From: Balanoglossus misakiensis
Taxonomy: Eukaryota; Animalia; Hemichordata
NCBI GenBank assembly: GCA_040954595.2
Contig: CM082588.2
Coordinates: forward strand, 3,970,156 to 4,034,155
Reading direction: 5' to 3'
DNA length: 64,000 bases
Below are positions 23,801-38,197 of this stretch, piece after piece. Positions within the stretch are counted from its first letter, which is position 1; each line of letters opens with the position of its first letter. The notes under the pieces were generated by a model. The model had not been told where the DNA came from. It did not search any database and saw only the letters and a program-made list of their open reading frames with translations. A program made the translations under genes and the position numbers.

Positions 23801-26800
23801 TTTGCGCAGTTTGCCTAAGTACTGGCGTTCAGAATGGAAAAGACAAAGAATGTAAAGCATGAAAAGTGTGCGATTAATCAATGTTGGAATTAGAGGAAGA
23901 GAGACAAAAGAAACTGTGTTTTGTAACTAACTTATCACATTACACCAACGTTTATCGTTATTATTTCTGCATATTTGCTCTGCAGAAACCTTTTCTTTGT
24001 TCTGCTTGTCACGCCAATGGATGTATGTATGTACATATTAATGTAGTTTAAATTGCCTGTCTATATATTTGTCAGTCTTCCCGTGACTCACAATGGCTGG
24101 CCAATAATTAAGCGTTTCTTGCTGATGATTTGGCGAAATTCCAAATTTGAAGAAATTCTGACTAGTACATATAAGAGATCTAACAGACTGGGGAGGGGGG
24201 GGGGGATTCGCTCACTCTTGGCACTAGGACAACATTTGGCATCGCCACGAACTCAACGGTAACCCCGTGACGTCAGAATCACGGTTCGCGACATCTAAAA
24301 TGTTTTTACCGAAGGTTTTAACGCTTCGTTGATTGCGTACATTCTGTGCAATTAAGAAGCATAAACGAAACAGAAGCAGAGGGCGGATTACTCGTTCAAA
24401 GGATTAGAAAACACCGAAAAGTCTGTCAAACCGCATTAAAGTGTGAAATAAAAACAGTACAAGGAAATCCCGATCCTTAAAAGAGTGAAAGTCACGGCAG
24501 GAATGATTAGATCTCGATTCGATTGGATTTTACGACGCACTAAAAAATATCAGAGACAAATAAACTCCAATTACAATACCGCTGATGCACGCCTCTGTTT
24601 AAAATAAACGATTCGATCAAGATATTTGCTAATTAACAGCAATTTCCAATATGTAAAGCACAGAACATAAAAAAGTTATCTACCTTTACCGGCGGCCATA
24701 TAAATCATGAGGATATAATGTCTTGGGTTTTCGGCAGGAGTGTCGTAACTTTTACGACAGCCCCGCTTTGCACAATCGCGAACAAAGAGAAAGCCGACAA
24801 TATCTCTGTAACTAATAATATGGCACTCGAGTTGACTGCATAGACACGTCCTTAGCGCATACCGAGTAAAAAAAATAATCGAAGACACCTGGTAACGTGT
24901 TCAGTAGATGATCAGTGGCAAGACGTCACCGACGTGCGTGAAAGCACACAGGATGCGCGTGTTGGTTTAATGAAAAAGCATTTCCTTAACGACGCTCTCT
25001 GGAGAAAGTAGAGAAATCACTGATCACAACACCTTTGTTGGCATACTTAACGAGAGAAACAAGATGAACTCCTGTCGGTAATTGATCTACGCATCCGAGG
25101 CAGACCTAATTCAGTATCCACAAACACAGGGGACTGCCCTCAGTTCATCCGTTCATTTCCCCCTCCTCCCTCCCCCCTCCCGCATTTCCGCACACGAAGA
25201 CAAGACTGACGACTATTTCGGTTAAAGGCCGTGCATTATATTTTACTGCTTGGATGCGTATTCATTTTAAAGGCCGGTCGGACTCATGCACTCAAATATC
25301 ATGCGCCTATACACTTGAATTAATGGAGGTAGCCAGTTCCGTTCGCTGCGGACCATGAATGCACATAAATTAGACGTGTATGGTCTACCACTCTGTGCAT
25401 TGTTGTATCACGATCACCAGACAAGTAAAGAGTTGGCCGCTAACTTGCAGTCAACAGATGTACACGATACTGCAGAATGCCATGGCTCTTTGTCACATTA
25501 CAAATAACTGTCACTTTTCAGAATACCCATTCATCTTTGTATGCATGCAATTGTCACCCCTTTTGTTTTAATTTTCACACCTCACTCCCCTTTTGTTTGT
25601 CTCTACACCTGCTTTTGGACATGTTTTCACTCTGAATTGTATAATTTGGTTTTCTGCTTCAACTGTTTATGCCACCCTGCATATGATGAAGCAGACCGCA
25701 CATCTTTGAAAGCTTATGCTACTGTACAGTAACATTAGTCGGTCTCATATTACTAGTACATGTATTGGCAAACCGTAGTTTATATTGTACATGTATGGAT
25801 GAACACTGTCACTTGTGAATAATTAATAAGGCGTCACTCTCAGCAAAATACTGTCGCATTTCGAAGAATCTTCGGCTTATACATGGTAATGTTAACTTTA
25901 CTAAAGTGTGATAGTACAGTATGAAACAAAATACACCCGCTATGTTCCCCATTCTCTAACTGTGGTCAGATGATTGATTGTACCAATCAAAGCATGTTTC
26001 AGTGCACTGTACTAATTCTACGCTGACTTTTGCAGGGCTAGGGAGCCAATGCGATTCTCTACGGATTAACTGTGATCCCAAGACGTCCATATGTGTGGAA
26101 TGATGCAAGATGAAACATCCCAAAACTTCACCGCAAAGCATTACGGCCTCCACAGGTAGGACATTGTGATTCGTTATCAACATCTTGGTTGTAGCTGCGC
26201 TCAAGCGGCAGCGCGTCTAGCGGCAGCGCGTAGCAACAGAGCGCGCTCTCTCAAATTAGTAAAATTATCCGTTCAGTTTTCTCTTCTCGGATGTGACGAT
26301 GAGGTACACATCGTCCATGATTGGGTAGAACTTCGGTACAGTAGCTAGGTGGTCAATGCCAACTACATTAAATACGTCTTTGTTACCTAGGCGAGTGATA
26401 AAAATCATTTCAAAATGGCGGCCGGGGAGGGCAAAACTTCAAAGATGGTTAAAGTAATTTATATATATGAATGTGATGTACTGTCTTTAGTCTCATAACC
26501 ACCTATAGCTGTCAATGTACCCACACCACACGATTTGACGTTAGTGATTGTGTCTGAGTCGTTTCTTTTGCCCCAATTCTATAACAATGCCATTCGCAAC
26601 CTCAAAATCAGTCAACGTGCGGTAGTAATTGAAAAGAAATCCGCTTTAGGTTAGAGAGTTAAGTCGTCGGAAAGATTTGCACATATAAGAAGATTTGACT
26701 ATTTTGAAGTGGTTCTTACAACACTAGCAAACGGAGGCCGTTAGTGAATGCGCGGAAACACTAAGATGGCAAATCTATGCTAAAGGCAGTCGTTTTATTT

Positions 26801-27880
26801 GGGACTTTAGAAGTCTATCGCCAGCATTAAATGTTTTATATTTGTGAAAGCTTGACACGGCTCAAATTTACCGGTTAGGCGTCCGTTATGTTTGATTTTA
26901 ACGGCGCCCTTATCCGTAAATAAACGTGACTGAGGCAAAATGAGGCCGTTCATTCCAACATTAAGGCTTTTTTACAGTCGACGTATTGCATGCACTCTGC
27001 TTCAAGTGATATAGCCTGGAACTTCGCAAACGACTCAAATAAAATGTCATAAACTGGGAAAATAGGATAACAGCTTCAGTCAGGCGCTATGGTCTGGAAT
27101 ATCTATACAAGTTGCATCTCAGAGACAGAGAGAGAGACAGTCAAACATTTCATAGCTGATAGAAATCGATCGCGAGAAGTCGGTGGTAGCTTGATTTTGT
27201 AATGATGATGATGTAGCGTTTGACAATACATCCCTTTTTCAGAGTCTCTAGTGCATTTTGAAAACGCCACAATTGACAATGTCAACAAAGCATAACTTTA
27301 AAGCAAACGAAACACAGCCGTTACAAATTAAAATGCGATATTTGCAGAACCCGACAGAATTGAATGCAAATCGACTACAATTAACTTCCCCAAATTTGCC
27401 CATATTGCGTGACTAGCAAACTTCTGGAGACGTTTTGTATCAATACCTGACCTTTCCACCAAAAACATACAAGAACAAATGCATCCCAATCGTTTCGCAT
27501 CTTCATTATGGCATAAATCAACCGAGAACATAATAGTCCGACTCCACAATTACATTCTGGTGAAAAGTTGCCTTAACGTCGTTAGTATGAGTGATCTTGA
27601 GTATTGGGTATTGAGGCTTACATATGAATGTGTCACCAGCGAGTACATCAACATTAATATCTTTGTCATTATCTTTCGTTTAAAAGGCTAGAAAGGGATG
27701 TGACCAAAAGCGATTGATTTATAACGAGAACATCGTGGAGAAATCATACGAAGCCAACTAATATTGTTTGATATATGCAAATTCCCACATGCTGAAAACA
27801 TATTACTAAGACATCGTAATTAACGCAAATGATACAAAATGTCATATGTTAATGACACCCTCTTTTTCATACAAATCACA

Positions 27881-28047
27881 ACCATAGAATTAACACAGAC
27901 ATTGGCGGCCATTTTGGATTTCAAATTATTTTTCTTTCTCATTCAGAAATTTTGCATGGCGACCCCCCCCCCCCATTTTCTCTCAATTTTTAGAGAAATA
28001 TTAGAAAGAATGTTTAAGGCTTGTTTTCGGGGCTCACGCTACCTTAA
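27881..28047 (-). mobile_element. Partial copy of short TIR element (MITE-like)
   Basis: ccatagaattaacacagacattggcggccattttg matches the reverse complement of ~38050-38083, and the copy ends in TIR-like gctaccttaa. Confidence 0.6.
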
Positions 28048-28420
28048 ATGATCGGGCTGATTATTTATTACTAAAAGTACAAACTCTGTGCGTATGATAG
28101 TGTGACCTTCAGAGTTAATTTGCTCCTCCACAGAAGCACTCTACGGATGAAGGCAGCAAGTGCAGCCATGTAGCCGAGATGATGAAACACTTTCATGGCT
28201 TCCTTATAATTGGCAACGTCGAGTGCGTAACGAGAGAAATGGCCTTTAATATCCGCTGTGTAGTTACTGATGTAAGATGACACAGAAAGCAGCCGAAGGT
28301 CACTAGTCTTCTCTCTCAGTGCAATTATGTCAGCCCTTCTGGTTACGTTTGCTTCTTTATGGTTGATGTCTGATGTGAGCGCGAATTCAGAACCGAGTTT
28401 ATACTTTTGACTGACGACAT

Positions 28421-28706
28421 TTAGTAGTACGCCCCCGGGAAAGATTTTCATAATAATTACAGTCCTCCAACCGTTCAGCTCTTTGCTATATTAAAATGTG
28501 TGAGTAGTCATGTTGAAAACAAAGAAGAAAATCCCTACTTTAAATTTTCTTCACGGATAGGCGGCCATTTTTAATTTCAAGAGACAATTTTTCGCTCTCT
28601 CATTTAAACCTCAATTTTGAAGAGAGCATAATCTAAAGTTGCTCTGAGCAAAATATGAGTCAGTGAAAGATTAAGACTTTGATTTTCGAGGCGCATTATA
28701 CATTAA
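28421..28706 (-). mobile_element. Short TIR element (MITE-like), inverted relative to the 37895 copy
   Basis: Collinear with the reverse complement of 37895-38197 (ctttgctatat..tgaaaacaaagaa..ggcggccattt..gctctctcatt..ctgagcaaaatatgag..taagactt..aggcgca). Ends in TTAA. Confidence 0.7.
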
Positions 28707-31700
28707 ACGTGCACGACAAGTCTCAGTTCAAAATGCAAGACCTCTTGTTCACATTTCCTCGTTCTCGATAGACATAATACATTTCAGTACTACAACGATG
28801 GTGCGATTGTCATGTCGACGATCCCCTGAAGATGATTATTAGAACGACGTTCTCTCGTCGTATACTTCGCTTATTTAATTACACTCTTGTGGTGATTAGA
28901 GTTGAATATTCCTTACGAACGAAACACCTATCAAACTTAGTAGATATTCAATCTATTCCTCCCACGCTTATTACGTTAAATAATATTACACTAGCAATGG
29001 GTTACCCAATATCTCTGATTAAAACGCCTATGGCATGAAGGAATAAGAGAAAAAAGCTAAGCCTTATGCACCTGTGTTTTGAGAAAAATTGCTTTGCTTA
29101 GAGGCATTCAAGTGTACATTTTTAATATTTTTTGGTGCGTGTTTATTTTCCATCTGAGTCTGTCTTGCTGTGGTTATTTATGCATTTGTCCGTCTCCCTG
29201 TCTGTCTGACTGCCTGCCTGCCTGTCCATTTGTGGCACTGGTGAACTTGTTATAAAGTTGTTATAGAGTTTGACATTTTCAAGCCACGCATTTACCAATT
29301 AGTTTGTCGCTATGAGTAATAAGTATATTTCAGAATCCGAATATTTTTTTCTAATATGAAATGGCTGCATTGCCACCTGCTTTTACTTCAATATCTACCC
29401 CCGTCTGTCCTCCTCAATCTATACAAATGACACGGAATGCGGAAAACCGCGTCTTCCACGTTTCTCTTTCAATTACAGAAATATCCCCCACCTCGTCCGT
29501 TTCTCATTCAGCCGATCGATATCCAGGTTGCATCGCGTGACCAAACGTTTGCGGCAAGCACACATGTCTAGCTAGTTCGTTATACAGGAGACGGTAGGGT
29601 TGTGCAAGGAAAAAAGTCATCATTCATCTCTTGGATGACGTCGAATTAAATCAGAACAGGGGTGACAAGAAACCTTCGTGATAAGTCATTAAATGAGGAA
29701 TGTAAAGAAATTGCGATTTATAATTACAGTTCGATATTTCTGAGCATGATCCTTTAAATGTCATTCGTGTCGTCATCCCACGGGTATTGCCATGGTAACT
29801 GCTTTTTAAATTGCTATTCCTACACGTTTTTTTTCAATCAAAGGTCATTGACATCCATGTGCCAATGTTACCCTTCTTACTGACAAGACAATTTGTTTTT
29901 TTTTTCTGTATGCAATAACAATTCCAAAATTTATGGCTATGTATTTTTTCCCGACAGTAGGTTTTCTGCTGAGTCGATTTTTTTTGCTTAGATAAATTAT
30001 CTATTAAAACAATATTTTGTCATTATTATAAAAGGAATTGTAATCAACTAGCTTATTTGCTGTACTTTCAGACAACGTGACAAAATCTGCAACTGATAAT
30101 GTATCACCATGGCAATTCATCATCCTTGTCAGAACTATCAATATAAATCATTTCCAATAGAATGACAAAAATGACTTTAAGGAATTTACAAATTACCATG
30201 CTCGATACTTGTGAAAGGAATATGAATATCTCAATCAATCAACGTCGGCTGGCATCTTTTAAATGCACATATTATTTGATAGGAAGCTTAATTCAGAAGG
30301 GAATTGTTAACTGATGTTTAAAAGCAAACGGTTCTTCAGTTCATGAACTCTTGTGAGTGCAGTTCAGATGCAACTTTATAGCAGGTGTGTACCGTGCCAT
30401 TTATACACTGACAACAACAGTCAGAAAGGGCATCGTTCATCTGGGAACTTGTTATCAATTCAAATTCAAAATCCTGTTCAAAAAGCAGAGCAATTATCCG
30501 TTTCCCTTGTATTTATTCGCGTGAAGCACTCAACGCTTGCGTCAAGTGTAAAACTCTATGGGCGGACGTGCGTCAGTTTTCGAATATAAGAAACTCTTAA
30601 CTTACATGTACACGCAAAATCAATCTTGCACCTGCACACTTTATCTATCTGGACAGCATCTGAACTAATAAACCAATCAATTCGTGTAGTTCAACAGTAT
30701 TTCTGACACCCAAATGCTGTTCGTACATTACCTGATGTCGATAGTGACTATCTACTCCACATTACCGTTTCCAAGCTCAATCCCAGAATGCAACAGCAGC
30801 TCTATGAGTAGCAATCTAGGCGAGCAATGCCTGAATCAATAGCATCAAATCGATTCCCCAGAAAAAAGTAAAGATTGGTCTGTATTTTGTATCTGTTCCC
30901 TTTTAACATTAAGATTAAACAGGTATTGATCAAAGTCATCGCCAAAATTAATGGGGTCATGCCTATAGGTAAACACTGTTCAAGGCACTATAATAATGTA
31001 TCGCTTGGAGGTCAAAATGTCAACAGCTTTGCGATTTTAAATTAATGTCATATCAGGCGACACCTGAGGAAATTACGTCATATACCCATGAGGAAAGCTA
31101 TAAGGGAATTTTGAATTTTGCCTACATTATTGGTATACATTGTATGCTGTGTTAGCGCCATCATTGGAGAAGACAATGTTAAGAGATCATTATGCAAATG
31201 AGACGATATGGTAATAATACTAGTATACGAGGAAATCAGGTTGCACACTGTACAGGGGAGATTCTATGCAGGTGATTAGGTATAGGTTGATAACGTGACT
31301 ATATTACAGTTTGCTGTAAAATCGTTGAGATGTCGGTGCCCCAAGAAATGAGTCTAATTTCCGTAAAAAAGAGAAATTAAACTTCGAGGAGGGTCTGGCG
31401 ACAATCTCCTTTCGCGTTTGTAATCCATCAAGTTCCGCGGCCGTTTACTTCATTTTTTTCTTAGGGTTTCTTACTTCTGGGAAAATTAACTTCAGCGCAA
31501 GGTATTGTACGAGTATATATGAGCGCTCCACGCAAAATTCGCGTTGAAGGCCACAGTGGACCGTTGCATGCAGACAGGACGACGTCAATTAAACGTTCCG
31601 TTCTGTCGGTTATTAGAAGAAATGACGGACTGCCCGCAGAAACTAACTCGACCGCCCGTGAGACGACAAGGAATTGCTGTAATCAATAACTTTAATTCCT

Positions 31701-34700
31701 TGTTGCTCGTGTAAGTTGATAGACCGTGGTCACAAATATATGTACATATGCCCACACTAAGGTCGGTCCATTTCGCATATGTGGGAATTAAACACCGAGT
31801 GATTAAACTTCATTTTGTTGTACGTTGGCGTGAGACTTAGATATCTGTAATGTATATAGGTCTAATTATAGCCTGCTGGAAAAACCATACAAGTCACGCG
31901 TTGGTGGTACGGCAGATTAAACTTGATTTCAACGTCAAAATGACACGTGACCTTTTTCTGCACGAAACCTTGACAACAAGCATTCCCACAAACAATATTC
32001 CCACAGATGCTGCATCACTCGGGGATAGTCTAAATGATGAACAACTTAAAGCTGAACACCAGCAAAAACAAAATAATCAGTTATCGATTTTAGAAGAAGA
32101 AATAAAGACGACATCATGCAGAGCTCTTAAATTTAACGACCGGGTCGTAGAACGTGTGTCATTTTATCGGTAACCTTAAGCAATCATAGATCATAAACTT
32201 ACATTCCAACAGAATGTTGATGCTTTGAATACTATCGATCTGAACCTAACTTATAGCAGTTAAAAGGTCGACGTGTTATTTACTAACCGATTTTCTTTCG
32301 CCGAGTTCCATGGGAAAGACATTATCGACAAATGTTGTGTGGGGGTGGCTAAATCAATGCAAAGAAACACGACGTTCGATGTATAGAAACACAACTAAGT
32401 TCACAACTGATCAAAATACCATACACTGTATAAGCAATTCATGGAAAAGTGAAACGAATCTTGCTACTACGCTGAATTATCGAAATCCTGCCCAAGTAAT
32501 CCATTTCTTGTCAGATGGTTTAATTATTAATGGCATTCGGGGGGTTCATATTTCACTCGTGATTGAGATCCATTTTCAAACCGAGTTGAAACGCATTAGT
32601 GATTATCAATACGTGGCTCATTTTGCATCACGCTTCATTCCAAAACTCGAAAGGCACTTTCTTGTAGGTATTTCCCCGGTGGATAATGCTTAATTATACA
32701 CATGCAAAACCATTGAAACCATAAGTGAAAACATTCAGACATAACATACAGACAGGACGGCCAGGCTGTCGTTTTCGTTGTAGGGCAAGGTATACATTAA
32801 TTGGAATAATCTTTTTCTTAACCCAGAACTCAAAGTGGAGTCAATTTTATAATTTCTGGTTCATTGCTTATTCTCCCCTCAAGACCTTTAAGGCCACGAG
32901 GTTATTGGGTGTAATAAGCTGTACAGCCATCTCATGTCTTCTAGGTTCGTATGACGAGCGCACAGGGCAAAGATTGATGAGTGACTCGAGTGATTTACGC
33001 ACAAAAGTACCGTACATTTACTTAAGAAAATACGTCTTTACTCTCGCAAAGAGGATTTTACCCCAGCAATGGACCAGTTTCTGAACTTAACGAGACCCTG
33101 CGAGATCTCGCAAAGGGATACGTGAGAGTATACACGGGTTGTTGTTTTCAACCGAATAGGGCTGTACGCCTCTGTACTACAATAATGGGAGTTCCCCACC
33201 CCAGGATCTGCACGTACAAAATTGTATTGCACCTTTAATGACTTCGTCTGCAGAGCTTCACATAGGAAAACATTGAAAGCCCTGAGCACCGTAAGCAATC
33301 TTGAGAATTGCATTCTGCTGTCAAAAACGCCAGTCAAATCATTTCTGCGCAGTAATAATGAGTCCGTTTGAAGCAGAGAAACTCGTTTTTTTTTCCAAAA
33401 GATTCATTTGGTGCCATTATAGTTCCCTAAATGCACGACTGGATACAGCGATAACAACGGGTAAGAGATAACTAATCGTATTGTCTGCCGTCTTCCTGCC
33501 ATAGTTGTTCAGCTCGATTAACTATGAAGATGTCCAATAACACAGACTGGCACAGACGAGGTTGAAACCGAGAAATATTAGAGGTCGTTCCTGACGATAT
33601 TTCCTCAAAGGAATACCCGTTTCAAATGTTGACTGATTTTCTTTCCTCGCGCGTGTGTCCAGCACATGATACTAGGGGTGAATCTGCGTGCTTAATACGG
33701 AGTAATGTTGCTGGTATTTTCGTTTCCAGATGCGGCTTAAAATAAATGGCTACAGAGACGTGCTTTTGCCTCCGACACTCTCAAAAACAAACACACACAA
33801 TAACACGTTTTAAGCGCCGCTTGTGCTGCAAGGCAAAACGTGAGGCATTTTTTGTCCACGAATACATCAGAGCTCTACAGAGAGGAGTGTTAGTATAGGG
33901 TAAGCCTGGCTGTCGGTAAACTTTGATTTATACCGAATATATACCAGACAAACTGCAAGTTATATGTTTGGACTACATTTAAACTGAATATACTATAAAC
34001 GAATAATGAAGTGTGGATACCTGATTTATATGTATAGTTTAGGGAACGCGATGTGTATGTAGTGAGCGATGAAAATGTACCCCGATGATTTAGTAATTCG
34101 AAGAAAGCTTACTAGGGTACAACACTGTATCATTTTTCTTCTGATGGAAAGCACTTACAGACAAGCATCCCTCGTCCCTTTCACCCTTTTCATACTGTTG
34201 CACTTTTTATTACTTTCCGGATTACTGGCTGCGGGTCCTCTGTAATATCCGCAGCTTAAATTTGAAAAACAAACTCATTTCGGTTTACTTAACGATTAAG
34301 TTCCTGTGGATATAGGTCGATTCGGTGTTATTGACGTACATGAATTTGTTTGCTCAATACATGAACAAACTATAAAAATATTCAGCGATAAATTATTGAA
34401 TTATAGTGTATACTTCAAGTCAAAGGTCACACACATATTTAGATCGACTTGCATCGCAAAATGTCTCCTTAATACAATTCATGAATTGGCGTTACACTTG
34501 CATTACTGTACAATCTTGACCGTTATGAGAGAATTATGTAAAAAAAATGAACTATAAAGCGATCTTACCTCCTAAATGCTGTATTTAAAAGAAAATCCGA
34601 GCCCAGTGTTACAGGTCGCCGGCCTAAGAAACCAATTTGTATGTGTAGTTTCTGCTAGTTCGTTGATATATAATTGAATTGTCGTTTTGAGACGGTTTGA

Positions 34701-37700
34701 ATCTGTAGCTTTGACTCCAATCATCGGCCTTCGCTAGTAGACGCGCGAACGGCGTAAAATGTAAATTATGCATCGCATGCACAGCCAATGGTAACAGCGT
34801 ATTGAAATTAGCTTGTAACTCTCGCATGTGATATACATCTATAATTTACATGCAGTGCATGCGGTTATCATCATGGGACAGGATTGTGTGTTCTATCGGC
34901 AATATTGTCTTTTTAAAATGGCTAACTTTTTAATGGCTCACTTGACATCAGAACCATCTAAAATGCCGGCTGTCTTTCGAGCATCGTGCCTACCATACAA
35001 ACCCATGTTGTGACCACAGTTAGGCAACCCATGTTGTAACCAAATCGTGGTTCTTACCGAAAAATCGTGGTTCTTACGTTATACAGTCTACAAAGTCAAA
35101 AATGTTCAAGGTTCTAGCTTACAAAGTCTTAATTTCAGTCGATGCTATGATAATTTCTCATTAAAAATTAACAATTATCGCTCTATAGCGCTTTGTTTTT
35201 ACAGTGGTTAGGTTAGCTGAATAAATATATTTAGGCCTACGTCAACATTTGGGTTTGGTGTACCACACTGTGCAGTTGCAATGCGCATTCAAAATAGCAG
35301 TTGGGGGTTTAGATTATCGTATTGATGGACAATGGAAACATTACATCATGAAACGAAGTTGGAAAAGTATGAAGCAGTGACGTCACCATCGTAATTGACG
35401 CATGTACTGGATCTGTGATAGGGTTAGGGTGTAATGCATAGCGTTGCTAGCAATGTTATTGAAAGTGGAGTGTCTGGTTGTGAATGCGTCTCCTTGGAGA
35501 CCTGGTTATCACTGAATCAATCACAGGTGTTCGCGAACCACCCAGGTTAACTTAGATGAAATACAAGAAAACAAATGGAAAATCTGTTAGGGGAATTCTC
35601 AGATGCGCTCACAAGATCTCCCGCGACGCAGCGCAATCGGAAAGCCTGATCACGTCTGTACTCATTCGATCAAAGTCATATCATCTACATTTTCAAGGAA
35701 GAAGAAGAAGAAAAAAGAGATTGTGCATACTCCTAATGTCCGATTGGAAATTGTAAATGAAAGTTAAAGTTTTTTTAAAGACTTCCTCTAAACCATCTTT
35801 TGGAAATAACATACCTGAACCAATTTTAAGACCAACTTTAGTACCATTCCTGTATGATAGAACTAAAATTAAGCCTCGTGCATCAGTTTTCTTTTATTGT
35901 AGCCTATGAAGAAAACGCGTGATTCGAATTCTCACCAAGACCACGTTGTAATCATTCTGAAGGATTTACTCGTTCGCTCAGTCGGTACCTCTGTTTCTAA
36001 GGGTCGGTAGCGCTGTTTCTAAGGGATTAGTTTTGCAACGAACAGACAACTCGGGGGCAGCTATCAATGAAGCGATCCTGACGCTAGTTCACAAGGCACT
36101 CTTCATTGCTTTTTTTCTTCAAATCTCTCCGTAGGACAGACTTCCAACGAGCTCACGGGTTAATCGAGGCACCAGGGCACTTCTTTATCGTTATCACGGC
36201 TTTAATAGAAATGACACGATTCGAATTGTGCAAGAATACAAAGTGTCTGCTGATGCGTGGCTTTTGATGTATTTTTAGCAGCCAAGACTGCGTTTTCTTT
36301 CGAGGCATTGAGCATTTCGAACCTCCGTGATCCTTTATTGAAGCAGCGGGCATGCTGATCTCTCTTTCGGCATACTGGGCGCTGCATCTTAATAGTGACC
36401 AAAACACCCGATGAGTTTTCTCGATAAAAAGAAATTACAAATCAGAGCCTCCGGTCGAAACGTAAACGTGGCCAGCCGACTGCGTATCGCATTTGAGAGC
36501 TTTGTTATTTTAAACAATTCGCATCAAGTAGCTTCTGAGGTCCGTGACAAAATGGTTCAATCGTAACTTTTTTGGTTTTCGTTTCAATCTTTCGATTTGG
36601 TGCAGTTAGTTTGTCTAAACCGCGTTTGTCTTTCTCCCAGATGCTTATACAAATACAGAAGGCCCATTTCATAAGTATGTTATATTTCGGTGAATGATGG
36701 TACCGTTCCTTGGTTTAAATCTAACACAGTTGGACAGATCGGTCTAATAACTGCCAGACTTGCCCCTGGTTGATATATACGTGGACAGATGTCCCGCCAA
36801 ACACTCTTGAATAATATATAAAGTATGTCTCAACAAGAGCTATACTCTTATAAATTAGACAATAAACAGCAGTCTCTTTCAACTAAATGCAATCTTGAGG
36901 AAAACAAATGCCAGTAATGCATGGGCTGCTGGAGCGCTCAGATATTGGAAAACGCAGCAGGACAATTTATTTCGCAGTCATCATTTAAACAAGGATCTCC
37001 TGGCAGCCAATAGACAGTTTACATATAGGCGTTTAATTTGGTTTTCGCTGTCGTCTACGTAAGCTGCGCTGCAAATTATCTGCCTGGATTTGCGCAGCAG
37101 AAAGCTAATAGTAGTAGAAATATTGAAAAGAACGTACGCCACATTTGTGTTATTGTCCAAATGACCTTGAAGTCGCTCTTATGTCTGTCTGCATTTTTAA
37201 AAATACGAACAAAGCTGATTTTGCAAACCTTCAGTTTTATTTTGCTCCAGAAGCGAAAATCATGTTATTAATTTTCAGATCAATGTTACAATTGACTGTT
37301 TGCTTGTTTTGTTTGCTAGTTTTATTTTCTAGTATCCCTGTTTATGTTTATGGGACCATGTAGACACATGTGTATCTTTGCTATATAGTTTTGGCTTATG
37401 TGTACATGTCTACTCATAACGCCATAGGTAATGGCTTATAACTATTGAATATTTAACGCGGCATACAAAGCAGGAGAATAGAGCTGAAAACAGGCTAGCT
37501 CAGTTACAATGTTGGTGGACCTTCAGTCTGTTAAGATGTATACATCCCGAATATCACGCCAGAGAATAATCATCTTGGTTTCTCTGAATTATTTAACTCG
37601 TACATTTATCCATTTCGCATGGAACACAGATTTTAGTTTGTAGAGATTAACTTACATGTCACGATTCCTATTATCTGCCTCACAAAAGAATTTAAAATTC

Positions 37701-37894
37701 TGTATCTATAGTTACCGATCAAAACGACTTCTTCAAAAAGGAACGCATCGTGGCATACATTGCGCATAAGAATTGCAAGAATGCATTGATAAAGACAATT
37801 AGTGAGTCATGACCACGGACGGTTACCGTATTATTTAGAAATGCAAAAAAGCATATTTTACGATCAGGTCATACGTGCTATGCATTTTGACACC

Positions 37895-38197
37895 TAAGGT
37901 AGTTTGCGCCTTGAAGTCTTAAACTTTATTTTCTCATATTTTGCTCAGGACAACTTAAGATAATTCTCTCTTAAAATTGAAAATCAAAATTAGGGGTAAA
38001 CATACAAAATTTTGAATGAGAGAGCAAAATTTTCTCAAATTTTAAATTCAAAATGGCCGCCAATCTGTATGTTAACTCTATGGAGAAACTTTGAATAAGT
38101 GATTTTTTCTTTGTTTTCAAAGGGACAACTAAAACTTTTTATATAGCAAAGCATTGAAAGGTTTGAATGACTGTCTCAGGGGCGCATACTACTTCAA
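37895..38197 (+). mobile_element. ~300-bp non-autonomous DNA element (MITE-like) with imperfect terminal inverted repeats
   Basis: Left end taaggtagtttgcgcc and right end ggcgcatactacttcaa are imperfect inverted repeats. No ORF. Two further copies occur in this window. Confidence 0.72.

Noticed and set aside
24215-24250. ttggcactag resembling the 5' part of miR-96 (also miR-190-like tgtttgatatat at ~27765 and miR-252-like ctaagtact at ~23815)
   Set aside because: Only 9-12 nt match the remembered mature sequences, and no complementary star arm is visible.
28071-28451. 126-aa minus-strand ORF between two MITE copies
   Set aside because: It starts inside the repeat and has no transposase or other motif.
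35043-35078. Short direct duplications (aaatcgtggttcttac x2; similar at ~4838, ~18690, ~20436 and ~35990)
   Set aside because: Ordinary slippage duplications with no further structure.
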